Numbered from the stretch's first letter, positions 47,048 to 57,018 are shown. The stretch: DNA of 64,000 nt from Candidatus Thorarchaeota archaeon (GCA_016840855.1 JAEORO010000069.1:17825-81824); one strand, 5' to 3'. The notes: generated from the sequence alone by a model not told the origin. A program made the numbers and translations.

Positions 47048-48286
47048 ATGAATGATCAAGTAATTTGTCCCACCTGTGGGAAACGCGTCAGAAGAGGATC
47101 GACATTCTGCATAGGTTGTGGAAACAAAGTGCCTGAAGATTTGCCATCAGCGCCACCTGAACCAACACTCGAAGAGTCTGAGATATTAGATGAAGCCGAT
47201 AAATTGCCGGGTTTAGATGAATCTGCTTTAGATGAAACTCCTGCTGAAGAACCTATTGCAGCAGATTCGGAGGTATTACCTCCAGTTGGAGAGGATTTCA
47301 GTTGGGATGATGGAGAATTATCATCAGTTGAATTGAAACCAATTGAAGAAGATATTTCATTCGTTGAGGAATCTTCTACTGAAGAAGAGTCCGAGGTATC
47401 GATTGAAACTTCAGAGGAAGAGCCTGAGCAAGAAGAAGGAAAGAGTACTGATATGTCATGGGAGGAAGGTGTTGAAGATGTCAAAGTGGGAATGCCATTC
47501 ACGGAGATAGAACCTCCCAGGGTTTATGATGAGGAGATTCCAGTAACGACGGAAGAGGCTCTAGATCACCTATTTCCTGAAGGAGCTCCAAAGGAGCTTC
47601 GCGAGGAAGCAAGAGAAGCTGTTGAACACCTATTTCCTGAGGGGAGAGGAACTACTACAAAAACGTTCATTGATGTGGTCGTTGGAAAACCATCAAAGAT
47701 TGATTTGAAAGGACCTCTCCAAGAGTTAGAAACTCCTGTATGTCCGAATTGTGGCGTTGCTCTCACCTCAGATGAGTTTGAGTATCCAAGCTATGTCTTT
47801 GAGGCTATGGGCAAAGCAAGGATTGATCATGGGGAACAACTCCTCCATGAGAATGAACACGAAAAAGCGATTGAATCTTTTGAAATAGCCAAGATGCTTT
47901 TCGAAAGAGCAAGAAATGAGAAGGGCATCGCAGAAAGTACAAAGAGAGTTGATATTGGATATGATGCGATGGCCAAGTTCCATTTTGACCAAGGCGAGAA
48001 CCATATGAAGGTCAACGAGTACGAATGGGCGATTGTTCAATTTAGGAAGGCAAGAGAACTCTATATGTTCAGCACCGATGCTAAGAAGCGAGCTCGTTGT
48101 TCAGAAAAAGTTAGAGAAGCGTATATAGAATGGGGAAAAGATTTGGAATCCCAAGGAGACCAATTATCCAAGCAGGGGAGTTCCCGGGATGCATTAGCCA
48201 AATATCAAGAAGCCGCAGCTAAGTATAGAGAGGGCGATGATCAAAAGAGGCTGAAAGGCCTTGACAAGAAAATCAGGAAAGCGTAA
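47048..48286 (+). CDS. Zinc-ribbon / acidic disordered / TPR-like protein
   Basis: CPTCG...FCIGCG; long E/D/P-rich linker; CPNCG; C-terminal TPR-like helices (AI..F..A..L). Confidence 0.8.
   Translation: MNDQVICPTCGKRVRRGSTFCIGCGNKVPEDLPSAPPEPTLEESEILDEADKLPGLDESALDETPAEEPIAADSEVLPPVGEDFSWDDGELSSVELKPIEEDISFVEESSTEEESEVSIETSEEEPEQEEGKSTDMSWEEGVEDVKVGMPFTEIEPPRVYDEEIPVTTEEALDHLFPEGAPKELREEAREAVEHLFPEGRGTTTKTFIDVVVGKPSKIDLKGPLQELETPVCPNCGVALTSDEFEYPSYVFEAMGKARIDHGEQLLHENEHEKAIESFEIAKMLFERARNEKGIAESTKRVDIGYDAMAKFHFDQGENHMKVNEYEWAIVQFRKARELYMFSTDAKKRARCSEKVREAYIEWGKDLESQGDQLSKQGSSRDALAKYQEAAAKYREGDDQKRLKGLDKKIRKA
47567..47640 (+). repeat. Intragenic 14-bp direct repeat encoding HLFPE twice
   Basis: CACCTATTTCCTGA at 47567-47580 and 47627-47640 (60-nt period). 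Confidence 0.8.
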
Positions 48287-48291
48287 GATTG

Positions 48292-49215
48292 CTAGTCTTT
48301 CCTCGGTTTGAACCCTGTGAGTCGAAGTATATTATCTCTAAAAATCAAATCAACATCTTCCTGTTTATAATTAAATTTAGGTAACAAAGACTTGACTGCA
48401 TTGTACTGCTCTTCTAGTATGTTATATCTAAATCCACGAGGAAAGAATGAAGAATCAGTCCCAAAAACAACTCTGCAAGAAGCCCCTGCTTTCAAGGCAC
48501 GTTCAAAGATTTTAGTTATTGTTAAGTCCACCTCTTGATAGTTCATCCAGTTGTTGCTACCACTTGTATCCATCACAACATTATGAGTCTGATACATGAG
48601 CATCAATACCTCGCGGAAAAATCCAGCTCCGAAATGGGCAATCATGAAGTTCAAATCGGGAAAATCAAGTGCAGGCTTTTGTATATCTAAGGGGTTTCCA
48701 TAACGAAGGTTAGCCTGAGTCCCTATAGTTATACCAAAATGAAGAATAACCAGTAGTTTTTGCCTAAGAGCTTCCTCAAAGATTGGGTATACTCGATCAT
48801 CATACACATGGAAATCCCAAGAGCTGGGGTATAATTTTATTCCTTGAAACTCATCCTTTCCAGCTCGTTTCACGTTTTCTACTGCGTTTTCATCAGCAGG
48901 ATTGATATTAGCATACCCTAGAAATCGACCTGGAAACCGTTTTCTAGTCGCATTAAATTCATCCCAGACCTCTTCTCCAATCATCATACCAATAGCTGTA
49001 ATTCCATACTTATCTAATTCATCAGCCCACATCTGACCAGCATCCCAAGTTTCATCAGGGATTGTAAGTTTTGGCATATCAGTCTGAAAAGCGACTCTAT
49101 TCTGCATTCGCTCAAGTGAAGCTCCGCTCTCTATCCATCGTTTAATTGTGTTATATGTAAAGAAGTGCGCATGACTGTCAATCACTTCAGTTCCAATTTT
49201 TGATATCACAATCAT
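48292..49215 (-). CDS. Amidohydrolase_2 family metal-dependent hydrolase
   Basis: IDSHAH, GIKLYP, VILHFG, IAHFG, DTSG, VFGTDS. Confidence 0.88.
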   Translation of the reverse strand: MIVISKIGTEVIDSHAHFFTYNTIKRWIESGASLERMQNRVAFQTDMPKLTIPDETWDAGQMWADELDKYGITAIGMMIGEEVWDEFNATRKRFPGRFLGYANINPADENAVENVKRAGKDEFQGIKLYPSSWDFHVYDDRVYPIFEEALRQKLLVILHFGITIGTQANLRYGNPLDIQKPALDFPDLNFMIAHFGAGFFREVLMLMYQTHNVVMDTSGSNNWMNYQEVDLTITKIFERALKAGASCRVVFGTDSSFFPRGFRYNILEEQYNAVKSLLPKFNYKQEDVDLIFRDNILRLTGFKPRKD

Positions 49216-49300
49216 CCTATCCCTAAGATTCTCTATAGCTATTCTAGTTCGAGCTCATTAGGTAATAAGAACTCACTTGTGGCATGGATTGGATTTTAGG

Positions 49301-51472
49301 TTAAATCCAATCGCCAGTTTCGAGCTTTCGAGGAAGATACTCATCAGTGAGATACTCGAAACTGTGGCTAGCAAAGGCTTGAATCTCTGCCTTCTCTTTA
49401 AGCCTCAACATTAGTTCTAAATCTTCAACCCATGGTTTATTTCGTTTAACAAATGGTTCTTTCAGCATATCTTTGACTCGTTTAATATCAGTAGGCTGCA
49501 TTGGAATCCTTACTGCTTTAGGAATCTTATATTCATCCAAATCACGACTTAGGACACCAAGAAGCTTAAGCTCAGGGGTAGCAATGAATGGAGATTCGTA
49601 GCTAAGTCTCTTACTTCCTCTGAGAAAGACCGAATATATGTAGTGACCATAAGGATCAGAGTCAACAAGTGCAAAAGCTGGTATCTCAAGCTCTTTAACA
49701 AGCATCTTTAGAAAAGCTCTGGTAGCAATATCTCCTGAACCCTTACCAGTTATCACAATACATGGTTGACGATTCCAATATTTCGCTTCTGCTAGTCGCA
49801 TAACTGCAGCATCCTTCTCAGATAATATGATGAACTCGGCATCACTTTCGACTATCTCTAGCTGGTCCAAGAAGGGTGTAACAGCCCATCCACCTGTACC
49901 CATCTTTGTAAGATCGATAAGATCACCGCCATCCCGAATAGTGACCCGACCCATTGCGGAACCACGAGCAGATGCCACGACATGAATACTATCACGTGTG
50001 GTCTGAATCATTGAAGCAACGTCTTCAATGATCTTATCGCTGTACTTCTGTTCTCTAAATAGATTAACATCACTGTAGTAAACTTCTCTTTTGGTAGCAT
50101 GTAAATTAGATTTGAGAAGGTTAAACACAATCTCCATCACGCGCGCGGTTCTTGTTGCATCAACAACTGATGCAAGCGAGTGATATGGACGAGATATTGT
50201 ACGCATTCCCAGAAGGAGTAAGTCGCGTACCTCATCCCATACTATGTTGTCACCAGACCTGCTTGGGATATCAAATGCAGGCCTGCCAGTCAACATGGTT
50301 TCGTTTAGAATATCGATTGCTGTATCTATAATCCTCTCAGTTGTATCATCTGCTGTGAGGTTTACAACTTCGACGGTTTCAATAATAGGTTCTACACTTT
50401 CACCAGGTTCTTTGGAGGCTTGAACTCGCTTCTCTGCAGCAGCCCAGTTTTCCTTCATCTCATCGGCTAAATTCTTGATGGTTGTAGGAACACTCAACCC
50501 CGATTCCTTTCTTGTTGGTTTGGGCTTCTTTTTTGGTGGTGGTTTGAGTGTCTTTGTTGGTCCTTTAACTGGAGGAGCTTTCTTACCAGGAACAGCTTTC
50601 TTTGATGGTTTCTCTTTTGTTGGTTTTTTCCGAGGTTTGGGTTCTATCACTGTTTCTTCCTTCTCTGGCGTCGTCATTGTTTCTGTCGAAGTTGCAGGTG
50701 TAGGTGTAGGTGTAGGGATCGGTTCTACGGTCAGTTCAGCTAGTTCCTGTTCCCGAACCATATCTTTTGCAGCATTAACAATTGACGCTGCTCTCGCGAT
50801 ACTAAGGCCGCCAACTTTCTTTGCGACATTCTCAGGTGAGGCTCGAGCCAACCGAGCAACAGAATCATAACCAGCACGCTCCATGGAAAGAGCAAGTTTA
50901 GATCCTAAGCCAGGAACATCTGTGAGCGATAGTTTCGGAGCTCTGATTTCCTCTTCTGGAGCCTCTGGCTGAGGTTCAGAAGGCTCTGTTATTGCAGGAG
51001 TTGATACACTTCGTTTCACCAGATCTTTTGCAGCATCTGTAAGTTTCTTTGCTCCGGCTTGACTAAGTCCCTCGACTTTCTTCGCTAGTGAAGGAGGTCT
51101 TGCGCGAGAAATCTTTTCTACAGTTTCATATTTTGCTTTGATGAGCTTTTCTTGAAGTTTGGATCCTACACCAGGAAGGTCAGTTAAACTAAACGCACTT
51201 TCTGGTAGTTCGGTCGGAACCTCTTTCTTTGGTTTGGGTTCTTTCTTCTGCTTTTTCGACACAGCCTTCTTTTTAGGAACTACTTTCTTCTCAGAGCCTT
51301 TTTTTGACACACGTTTTGGTTTCTTTGAGCTTGCTGCTTTTTGGTCTGGCTTCTTTGTTTTCTTCTTTGTTGACTTTGCTTTGGTACTCTTCTTCGTCTT
51401 GGGCTCTTCAACAACCTCATTCAGTGTTGCTTGAATTGTAGTTGACTTTTCCTTGGCTTTTTTACGGCTCAC
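49301..51472 (-). CDS. top6A: DNA topoisomerase VI subunit A (Spo11 family) with long N-terminal extension
   Basis: Catalytic TKREVYY, TOPRIM EKDA, ITGKG, DSDPYG, K.E.QA, YL..K; overlaps the top6B stop. Confidence 0.93.
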   Translation of the reverse strand: MSRKKAKEKSTTIQATLNEVVEEPKTKKSTKAKSTKKKTKKPDQKAASSKKPKRVSKKGSEKKVVPKKKAVSKKQKKEPKPKKEVPTELPESAFSLTDLPGVGSKLQEKLIKAKYETVEKISRARPPSLAKKVEGLSQAGAKKLTDAAKDLVKRSVSTPAITEPSEPQPEAPEEEIRAPKLSLTDVPGLGSKLALSMERAGYDSVARLARASPENVAKKVGGLSIARAASIVNAAKDMVREQELAELTVEPIPTPTPTPATSTETMTTPEKEETVIEPKPRKKPTKEKPSKKAVPGKKAPPVKGPTKTLKPPPKKKPKPTRKESGLSVPTTIKNLADEMKENWAAAEKRVQASKEPGESVEPIIETVEVVNLTADDTTERIIDTAIDILNETMLTGRPAFDIPSRSGDNIVWDEVRDLLLLGMRTISRPYHSLASVVDATRTARVMEIVFNLLKSNLHATKREVYYSDVNLFREQKYSDKIIEDVASMIQTTRDSIHVVASARGSAMGRVTIRDGGDLIDLTKMGTGGWAVTPFLDQLEIVESDAEFIILSEKDAAVMRLAEAKYWNRQPCIVITGKGSGDIATRAFLKMLVKELEIPAFALVDSDPYGHYIYSVFLRGSKRLSYESPFIATPELKLLGVLSRDLDEYKIPKAVRIPMQPTDIKRVKDMLKEPFVKRNKPWVEDLELMLRLKEKAEIQAFASHSFEYLTDEYLPRKLETGDWI

Positions 51473-53472
51473 TCAAGCTCACCTTCTTCAATAACTTCTT
51501 CTTCATCATCTAGAGGGATGTCAGCAATAAGATCAGTTCCAAAAGCGTCAGTTTCAGTTTCTTCTTGATCTTCAACAGTTTCGAAACCTGTGATTGAGTC
51601 CCTTATTTTACCTGCAATTGTTTCAGCATCAAAAAGAGGTTTCTTCTTACCATCATTGGCAATGGTCACCAGACTCTGTGCAAATTGGTCAGCATACATT
51701 GCAAGAATTCCAGCTCGTTTTGCCTTTCTTCGAGCTGTTTCACGTCGTGTTATGAATCTCCTAAATTTACGTCCTGCATCTTCAAGAGCGAGTTTAATCT
51801 CTCTAAGAAGCACCTCATCCTCTGCAAGAGCTTGTTTGCTCTGGCCCTTGAACATGACGTGAACATATGCTCCAGCAACGTGAATGAATACCATAACAGG
51901 ACCACGAGGAATTCCATTGTCAAAAGTCTGCAGTTTATAGTTCCTCCAATTTACTGATGCAGTTGCTTTCCAGGTAGCACAATCACTATTATCTCTTAAT
52001 TTTGGTACTCGATTTACAAACCTCCAAAGGACCATAGGTGCTGAAGAGGCAGGTTTTATTTCACCGCCATAAGCAATGCAAACCTCGATGGCGAAAGAAA
52101 GACCTTTTCCAGATGTAGGTTTTCTTGTTACTGCAGCAACAAAGTCAGGTTTGTAGGCCATCTTTATTGTCTGTTCAAATATCTCTTCACCAACAGGAAC
52201 AACTGTATCTGTAGGAGGAGCAATATAGTCCTCACTTGAAAAAGCTCGATAAAGGAGCTCGACCTCAGTCTTCGAAAGAGTGTCGGTAGGAGTTGTCATT
52301 TTAAGGTCATCTAGATGCCTTCTTCTGAGATCCTTACTAGCGTTCGATACAATTGTCTTTGCTTTATTAGTGCTAAGTCGACAAAATGCTTTGGTTAGAA
52401 AGCTTCTAAGATCAGGTTCTCTGGTTTCTCTTAAGAGATCTTGGAACTCACCAATCCTTATACTTGCAGGGTGTGGTTGAGCGTATTTTGGCTCTTCCGG
52501 AAAAGTACTAACTCTACGAGGATGTATGTGAACTACACCGTATGGATCAATGAAAATAATCGTGACATGGGAGTTCAGAAGCGAGGCCATCTCAGCATAA
52601 ATGTCAGCATAACCTCGTCGGTATTGGATATTCAAATAATACAATCTAATGTAGGTGCCATGGTGAAATGGAAGATCCATATTTACTGGTCCGCCAACAT
52701 GTTCCTTTGTGTTTGCAGTAGTTGTGTAGAAGTTGGTGACAGTAGCAGTATCAGAGTGGAATCTTTTCGATATCGTGAAGATTGGTTTTCCAGTGGTATT
52801 CTGAGCATCACTGAAGGCTGAAGGTGCACCAAATCCTTGACTTCCTCTTGTTTGTCTTAGTTTCTCAGACTTACTTGACGCAAGATAGATGCCAAATTTC
52901 TCAAGGTCATTCGGGACCATACCAACGCCAGTATCAAAACAAGTGAACTCGTATACTTTGAAACCTTCTTCATCATCAATAGATACTAAATCAGGCATTT
53001 GCACTTCCTTTAATTCCATAACGACTATTGGCTCTCTCTTTGACAATAATGAACGTAAAGGCATTACAAATTTTCTGAATTCTGTTATTCTTTCATCAAT
53101 AGTTTCTTTTCGTCGCTGCGGAATTTCTATTTCCTTTCCAGCCTTCACATCTCTTTCAAGCTGCTTACTTAGGGCAATGGTATCAATTTGGCCTTCTTCA
53201 AGTTTGGCTCGGACCTCAGCTATAACAGCGGGATCTAGTTGATCTTGAAGACGTGGGTGCCTTTTTGTCTTCCACCACCAGCTTTCAAGCGCATCGATAG
53301 CGTTGTCCAAGAACTCGATCGCATATTGGGTATGCTTGTTAAGACCAGTTTCAAATCCAACAAGCTGCGTACGTTTTCGCATGAATTTTGCAATTGTCCC
53401 CTGCTTGATGTCTCCTGTTTCGACCTTGGCTGGGGCTGGTGTTGGATTTGAGTTCGATTTCTTATCGGACAA
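51469..53472 (-). CDS. top6B: DNA topoisomerase VI subunit B
   Basis: GHKL motifs E..DNAIDA, DTGVG, SK...RQTRG.QG.G, HGT; HP, PP...V.P.GE, RFVNRVP, F....KQA. Confidence 0.93.
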   Translation of the reverse strand: MSDKKSNSNPTPAPAKVETGDIKQGTIAKFMRKRTQLVGFETGLNKHTQYAIEFLDNAIDALESWWWKTKRHPRLQDQLDPAVIAEVRAKLEEGQIDTIALSKQLERDVKAGKEIEIPQRRKETIDERITEFRKFVMPLRSLLSKREPIVVMELKEVQMPDLVSIDDEEGFKVYEFTCFDTGVGMVPNDLEKFGIYLASSKSEKLRQTRGSQGFGAPSAFSDAQNTTGKPIFTISKRFHSDTATVTNFYTTTANTKEHVGGPVNMDLPFHHGTYIRLYYLNIQYRRGYADIYAEMASLLNSHVTIIFIDPYGVVHIHPRRVSTFPEEPKYAQPHPASIRIGEFQDLLRETREPDLRSFLTKAFCRLSTNKAKTIVSNASKDLRRRHLDDLKMTTPTDTLSKTEVELLYRAFSSEDYIAPPTDTVVPVGEEIFEQTIKMAYKPDFVAAVTRKPTSGKGLSFAIEVCIAYGGEIKPASSAPMVLWRFVNRVPKLRDNSDCATWKATASVNWRNYKLQTFDNGIPRGPVMVFIHVAGAYVHVMFKGQSKQALAEDEVLLREIKLALEDAGRKFRRFITRRETARRKAKRAGILAMYADQFAQSLVTIANDGKKKPLFDAETIAGKIRDSITGFETVEDQEETETDAFGTDLIADIPLDDEEEVIEEGELE

Positions 53473-53770
53473 TGTAATTCGCTCCTAATTAGGAATCTAT
53501 TGTGCATCCTCTGTCAATTCGCTAGGATTGATTTCCATACGAAACGGCATTCTGCGCTGAATAGTCGGATTTCTCTTATTGTATATTAATCATTTCTGTC
53601 ACTAATCCCTTCAAAACGCCTCTTTCTGTTATTTGGTACTAAATGAAGCACTTTTGAAGTCATAGATAGATTAGTAGAATGGTTAAAATCATATTAGAAC
53701 ACGTGTTCTAAACTTATCGGTCATGAATTGATATAGGAACAAACTTTTCCGAGGAACGCACGTCGATATC

Positions 53771-54580
53771 ATGAGCATAATTATGAAGTCTACAATCATG
53801 TCTGCAATTGCCTTGAGATCGATTCCGATTATCAAATCAGGAGATGATTTGACTACATTAATTCTTGAATCAATTAAAATGGAAGGAATCAGCCTAGAAG
53901 ATGAAGATGTTATAATCATCGCTTCCAAGATTGTTTCAAAATCTGAAGGAAGACTAGTTCGAGCATCAGATATCAGTGTTTCAAAACAGGCGGAGAAGAT
54001 TGCTAAAAGAAATGCATTCGACCCAGTTCATGTGGAGCTTGCAATACGCGAATCAGCAGCGATACTCAAGATTGATGGTGTGCTGATCACAGAAACACAA
54101 TCAGGACTAATCTGTAACTTCAGTGGAGTCGACAAGTCTAACGCGCCTGTGGACGAATATGTTTTGCTACCAAAAAATCCAGACTACTCTGCAGAACAGC
54201 TGCGTTTAAAGCTCGAGGGAAAAACTGGAGTGAAATTAGCTGTTATAATCTCAGACTCACACGGTAGACCTTGGAGAAAGGGATTGGTCAATGTAGCTAT
54301 TGGATGCTCGGGAATTAATGCCTTCAAGTATAACAAAGGAAAAAATGATCTCTATGGAAGAATCTTGAAACGATCAACTGTATGTCAGATTGATGAATTA
54401 GCTGCATTTGCTGAGCCATTGATGGGACAGGCTGGTGAAAGAGTTCCAGCTGTAATTATTAGAGGATATAGGTATTCGAAGGGGATGGAAAGAGCGGTAG
54501 ATATCAATAGAGCAAAAGAAGATGATGTTTCACTACTAACTGAAAAAGAGAAAGTGATGGGCTCAAAAAAGAGCCCTTAA
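53771..54580 (+). CDS. cofE: Coenzyme F420-0:gamma-glutamyl ligase
   Basis: IP.I..GDDL, DV.IIASKIVSKSEGR, N.SGVD.SN, LLP.NPD.SA, DS.GRPWR.G, DELAA. Confidence 0.9.
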   Translation: MSIIMKSTIMSAIALRSIPIIKSGDDLTTLILESIKMEGISLEDEDVIIIASKIVSKSEGRLVRASDISVSKQAEKIAKRNAFDPVHVELAIRESAAILKIDGVLITETQSGLICNFSGVDKSNAPVDEYVLLPKNPDYSAEQLRLKLEGKTGVKLAVIISDSHGRPWRKGLVNVAIGCSGINAFKYNKGKNDLYGRILKRSTVCQIDELAAFAEPLMGQAGERVPAVIIRGYRYSKGMERAVDINRAKEDDVSLLTEKEKVMGSKKSP

Positions 54581-54590
54581 GTGAGTCTTA

Positions 54591-55352
54591 TTATCCTACT
54601 TTTTGTCCACATGAGTTGCAGAATCTTGCACCTTGCGGATAAGGTGTCCCACAGTTCATGCAGAATCCAGCTTGAGAGCCAGCAGGTACACCTGCACCTC
54701 TTACTGTCACAGAATCTGGCTGACCATCACCATCTCGATCGGTATATTGAATAGTCATGGAACCATGACCTCCGCCTTCATGTGCATGTGCACCTCCGGA
54801 GCCACCTTCGATTACGCCTCCGCAATTGGGGCAGCTTGGAACGTTTCCAGCATTTGTTCCGCAATACGGACATTTGCCTTGATTCTGTGCAGATGAAACA
54901 TTAGCAATTATTGAGGGAATTACTTTCTTTTGTTTGAAATGGAATTCCATCGCACCTCCAGACTTGAGTTCTACAATAAGCCTCTCGCCGCTTTGAGTGG
55001 CTTGACTAATGGCGATTAGAGGTAGAGCCAAACTCTCGGTGTTGCCATTTTGATCCTTGTTATAGTAACTCTCAGCAGTCCAAGAAGATATAGCGGTCCC
55101 AACAGCAGCATAAGTGATGCCCCTTGCTAGTGATCGTGTGACATGACGGCCAATGCCACCCATTTGTCTTCCTGCACCTTCAAGCAGAGCTGCTCCAGCG
55201 ACTGCGCCAGCAAGAGCGCCCCACTTTTTCAATCCGCTTTTTTTGGAAGGTTTCTTATACCAAACTAGACGGACGTCGGTAAGCTCTAGTGAGCCATCCT
55301 CTCCATCAAACTTCACATCTTTTTCGCGGACCATCTTTCTCTCGTAACTCAT
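54591..55352 (-). CDS. PH/GRAM-like domain protein with Gly/Ala-rich insertion and C-terminal zinc ribbons
   Basis: G.L.LT..RLVW; insert WGALAGAVAGAALL...; LPL..I; CPYCG..CPNCG and CMNCG..FCNSCG; start adjusted to the ATG at 55352. Confidence 0.65.
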   Translation of the reverse strand: MSYERKMVREKDVKFDGEDGSLELTDVRLVWYKKPSKKSGLKKWGALAGAVAGAALLEGAGRQMGGIGRHVTRSLARGITYAAVGTAISSWTAESYYNKDQNGNTESLALPLIAISQATQSGERLIVELKSGGAMEFHFKQKKVIPSIIANVSSAQNQGKCPYCGTNAGNVPSCPNCGGVIEGGSGGAHAHEGGGHGSMTIQYTDRDGDGQPDSVTVRGAGVPAGSQAGFCMNCGTPYPQGARFCNSCGQKVG

Positions 55353-55465
55353 AGTACTTAGACCTGAGTCAGAATAAGAAACGGTTAGAAATTGCGGTCT
55401 ATCAGACAATAGTATGCACCGATTGGAAATCAACGAGAGTAAGTATTAACTTTGTGCTGGCAGAT

Positions 55466-55499
55466 AAAATGAAAGGGAGGCTACAAGAAATGCAGCCTC
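55466..55499 (-). terminator. Hairpin plus U-rich tract after the MFS gene
   Basis: Minus strand GAGGCTGCA-TTTCT-TGTAGCCTC followed by CCTTTCATTTT. Confidence 0.6.
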
Positions 55500-55509
55500 T
55501 TAGCTGAAT

Positions 55510-57018
55510 CTAATCTTCAAGGAGTATTCCTTCAGAGAGCTCCTCTAATCCACCAGCCTCTGGTTCTATCGGAGGCGATATAGCATCACCATTCGCCCAG
55601 GTTTCACCATCCGGTTCAGGAGGATCATGTCTAAAGCCATGGACTATTAACACGACCCCCGTCAAGGATACGAGACCGCATGAAGCAAGTGTCAATGGGA
55701 ATCCAATGATTGTTATCAACCATCCGAATAGAGCTATCTGAGGTATCGCAAACAAGGTTGCAACGGTTGGGAAGAGAGAGTACATGGAGTTCCTAATTTT
55801 ATTCGGAATTACATCCAAAAGCACACGTTGTGTAAGGATCTCAGCAAAACCTCCAAAGAAACTGGTTGAAACAAATGTTGTGAATATGAGAGCAATTGGA
55901 ACAATATTCTCTGCAGGGAGACTCAAGAGTTGTATTTGGGTGAAAGGCCAGTAAAGGGTCCAGAGGCTTGTACTTGTATCAGTTGGTGGGAATAGTAGCA
56001 TGATAGCAGCAAAAACCCAGAAGAAGACAAATCCACAGGTTTGCATAAGACGAAACCGTGGAATCCACTTCTTTGGTTCAAACCTGCGGGACCATATACC
56101 TGAGCGCTCTTGGGAGAAGATACCAGGAATAAAAAGTAGAGTCCTGAAACTTGCAACACCGACATCTGTGATCAAATATAGGTAGTACATCGGAAATAGA
56201 ATGAGGTTTCCCCAAACCATAATGCTGCTTACAGCTAACATGCTCCCTACTGCGATGTATCGAATAAATGCATGTCTGAAGAGATAGCTGACGCCACCTT
56301 TGAGTATGGAGAGGTATTCACCCATCTCTGGGCGTTGGCCTTTCTGAGCTCTTTGCTCCTCTACTTCAGGAAAGTCTCGTACGAGTCTGAAGACAAGCAT
56401 CGCAAACACAAACGATAGGACACCTTGTAGTTGGAAAACCCAAGCTCTTGAGAATGCAGCAGCCATAATACTCCCTGGAATCAAAGAAGCTGTAGCTACT
56501 ATCTGCATTACCATGCCCATGCGTCCCCAGAAAACGCCATACTGCTTTCTATCTGAGTCACCGGGCATAGCGATCCGATAATTATTGTCGAACCATGCAC
56601 CCCATGCTCCACTGGATTGAGACTGCGCAAGGCCTTGTAGAGCATAAACCAACACAAGATACACGTAAGGAGTATCAACAGTCACTATGGAAATCATGAG
56701 AAATGAGATTCCATAGGTCACATTTGCACCAGCAATGATGTACCTCTGACCAATCCAATCACCAATAGCTCCAGTTGGATAGTCCAAGATAATTTGGACA
56801 ACCATCTGAACCACAACCAAAGTCCCTACCAAGCCGATACCTTGGAGATACATTCCAGGACCGCCGCCAAGTGCCTCAGCAACAAAAATCACATAGAATG
56901 TCGTAGATAGGAAGAAAGTGAGATTAGCCAATGGCCCTAAAATTCCCATAATTTGTGCCAGTTTCACGACCTTGTCTGTGGCGTCCGGCAAACCAAGAAA
57001 GGATTTCATTCTACTCAT
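55510..57018 (-). CDS. MFS transporter
   Basis: DYPTGAIGDWIGQR, G.A....SGA..AW, Q.......P..IR....S; about 12 TMs. Confidence 0.88.
   Translation of the reverse strand: MSRMKSFLGLPDATDKVVKLAQIMGILGPLANLTFFLSTTFYVIFVAEALGGGPGMYLQGIGLVGTLVVVQMVVQIILDYPTGAIGDWIGQRYIIAGANVTYGISFLMISIVTVDTPYVYLVLVYALQGLAQSQSSGAWGAWFDNNYRIAMPGDSDRKQYGVFWGRMGMVMQIVATASLIPGSIMAAAFSRAWVFQLQGVLSFVFAMLVFRLVRDFPEVEEQRAQKGQRPEMGEYLSILKGGVSYLFRHAFIRYIAVGSMLAVSSIMVWGNLILFPMYYLYLITDVGVASFRTLLFIPGIFSQERSGIWSRRFEPKKWIPRFRLMQTCGFVFFWVFAAIMLLFPPTDTSTSLWTLYWPFTQIQLLSLPAENIVPIALIFTTFVSTSFFGGFAEILTQRVLLDVIPNKIRNSMYSLFPTVATLFAIPQIALFGWLITIIGFPLTLASCGLVSLTGVVLIVHGFRHDPPEPDGETWANGDAISPPIEPEAGGLEELSEGILLED

Noticed and set aside
47056-47502. 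148-aa Ser-rich minus-strand ORF
   Set aside because: Antisense shadow of the Glu-rich linker of 47048-48286.
50475-51434. Plus-strand Phe/Leu/Val-rich ORFs resembling membrane proteins
   Set aside because: Antisense shadows of the Lys/Pro-rich Top6A extension.
52900-53300. Intein in Top6B (RadA also checked)
   Set aside because: Insertion lacks intein terminal residues and LAGLIDADG motifs; RadA is uninterrupted.
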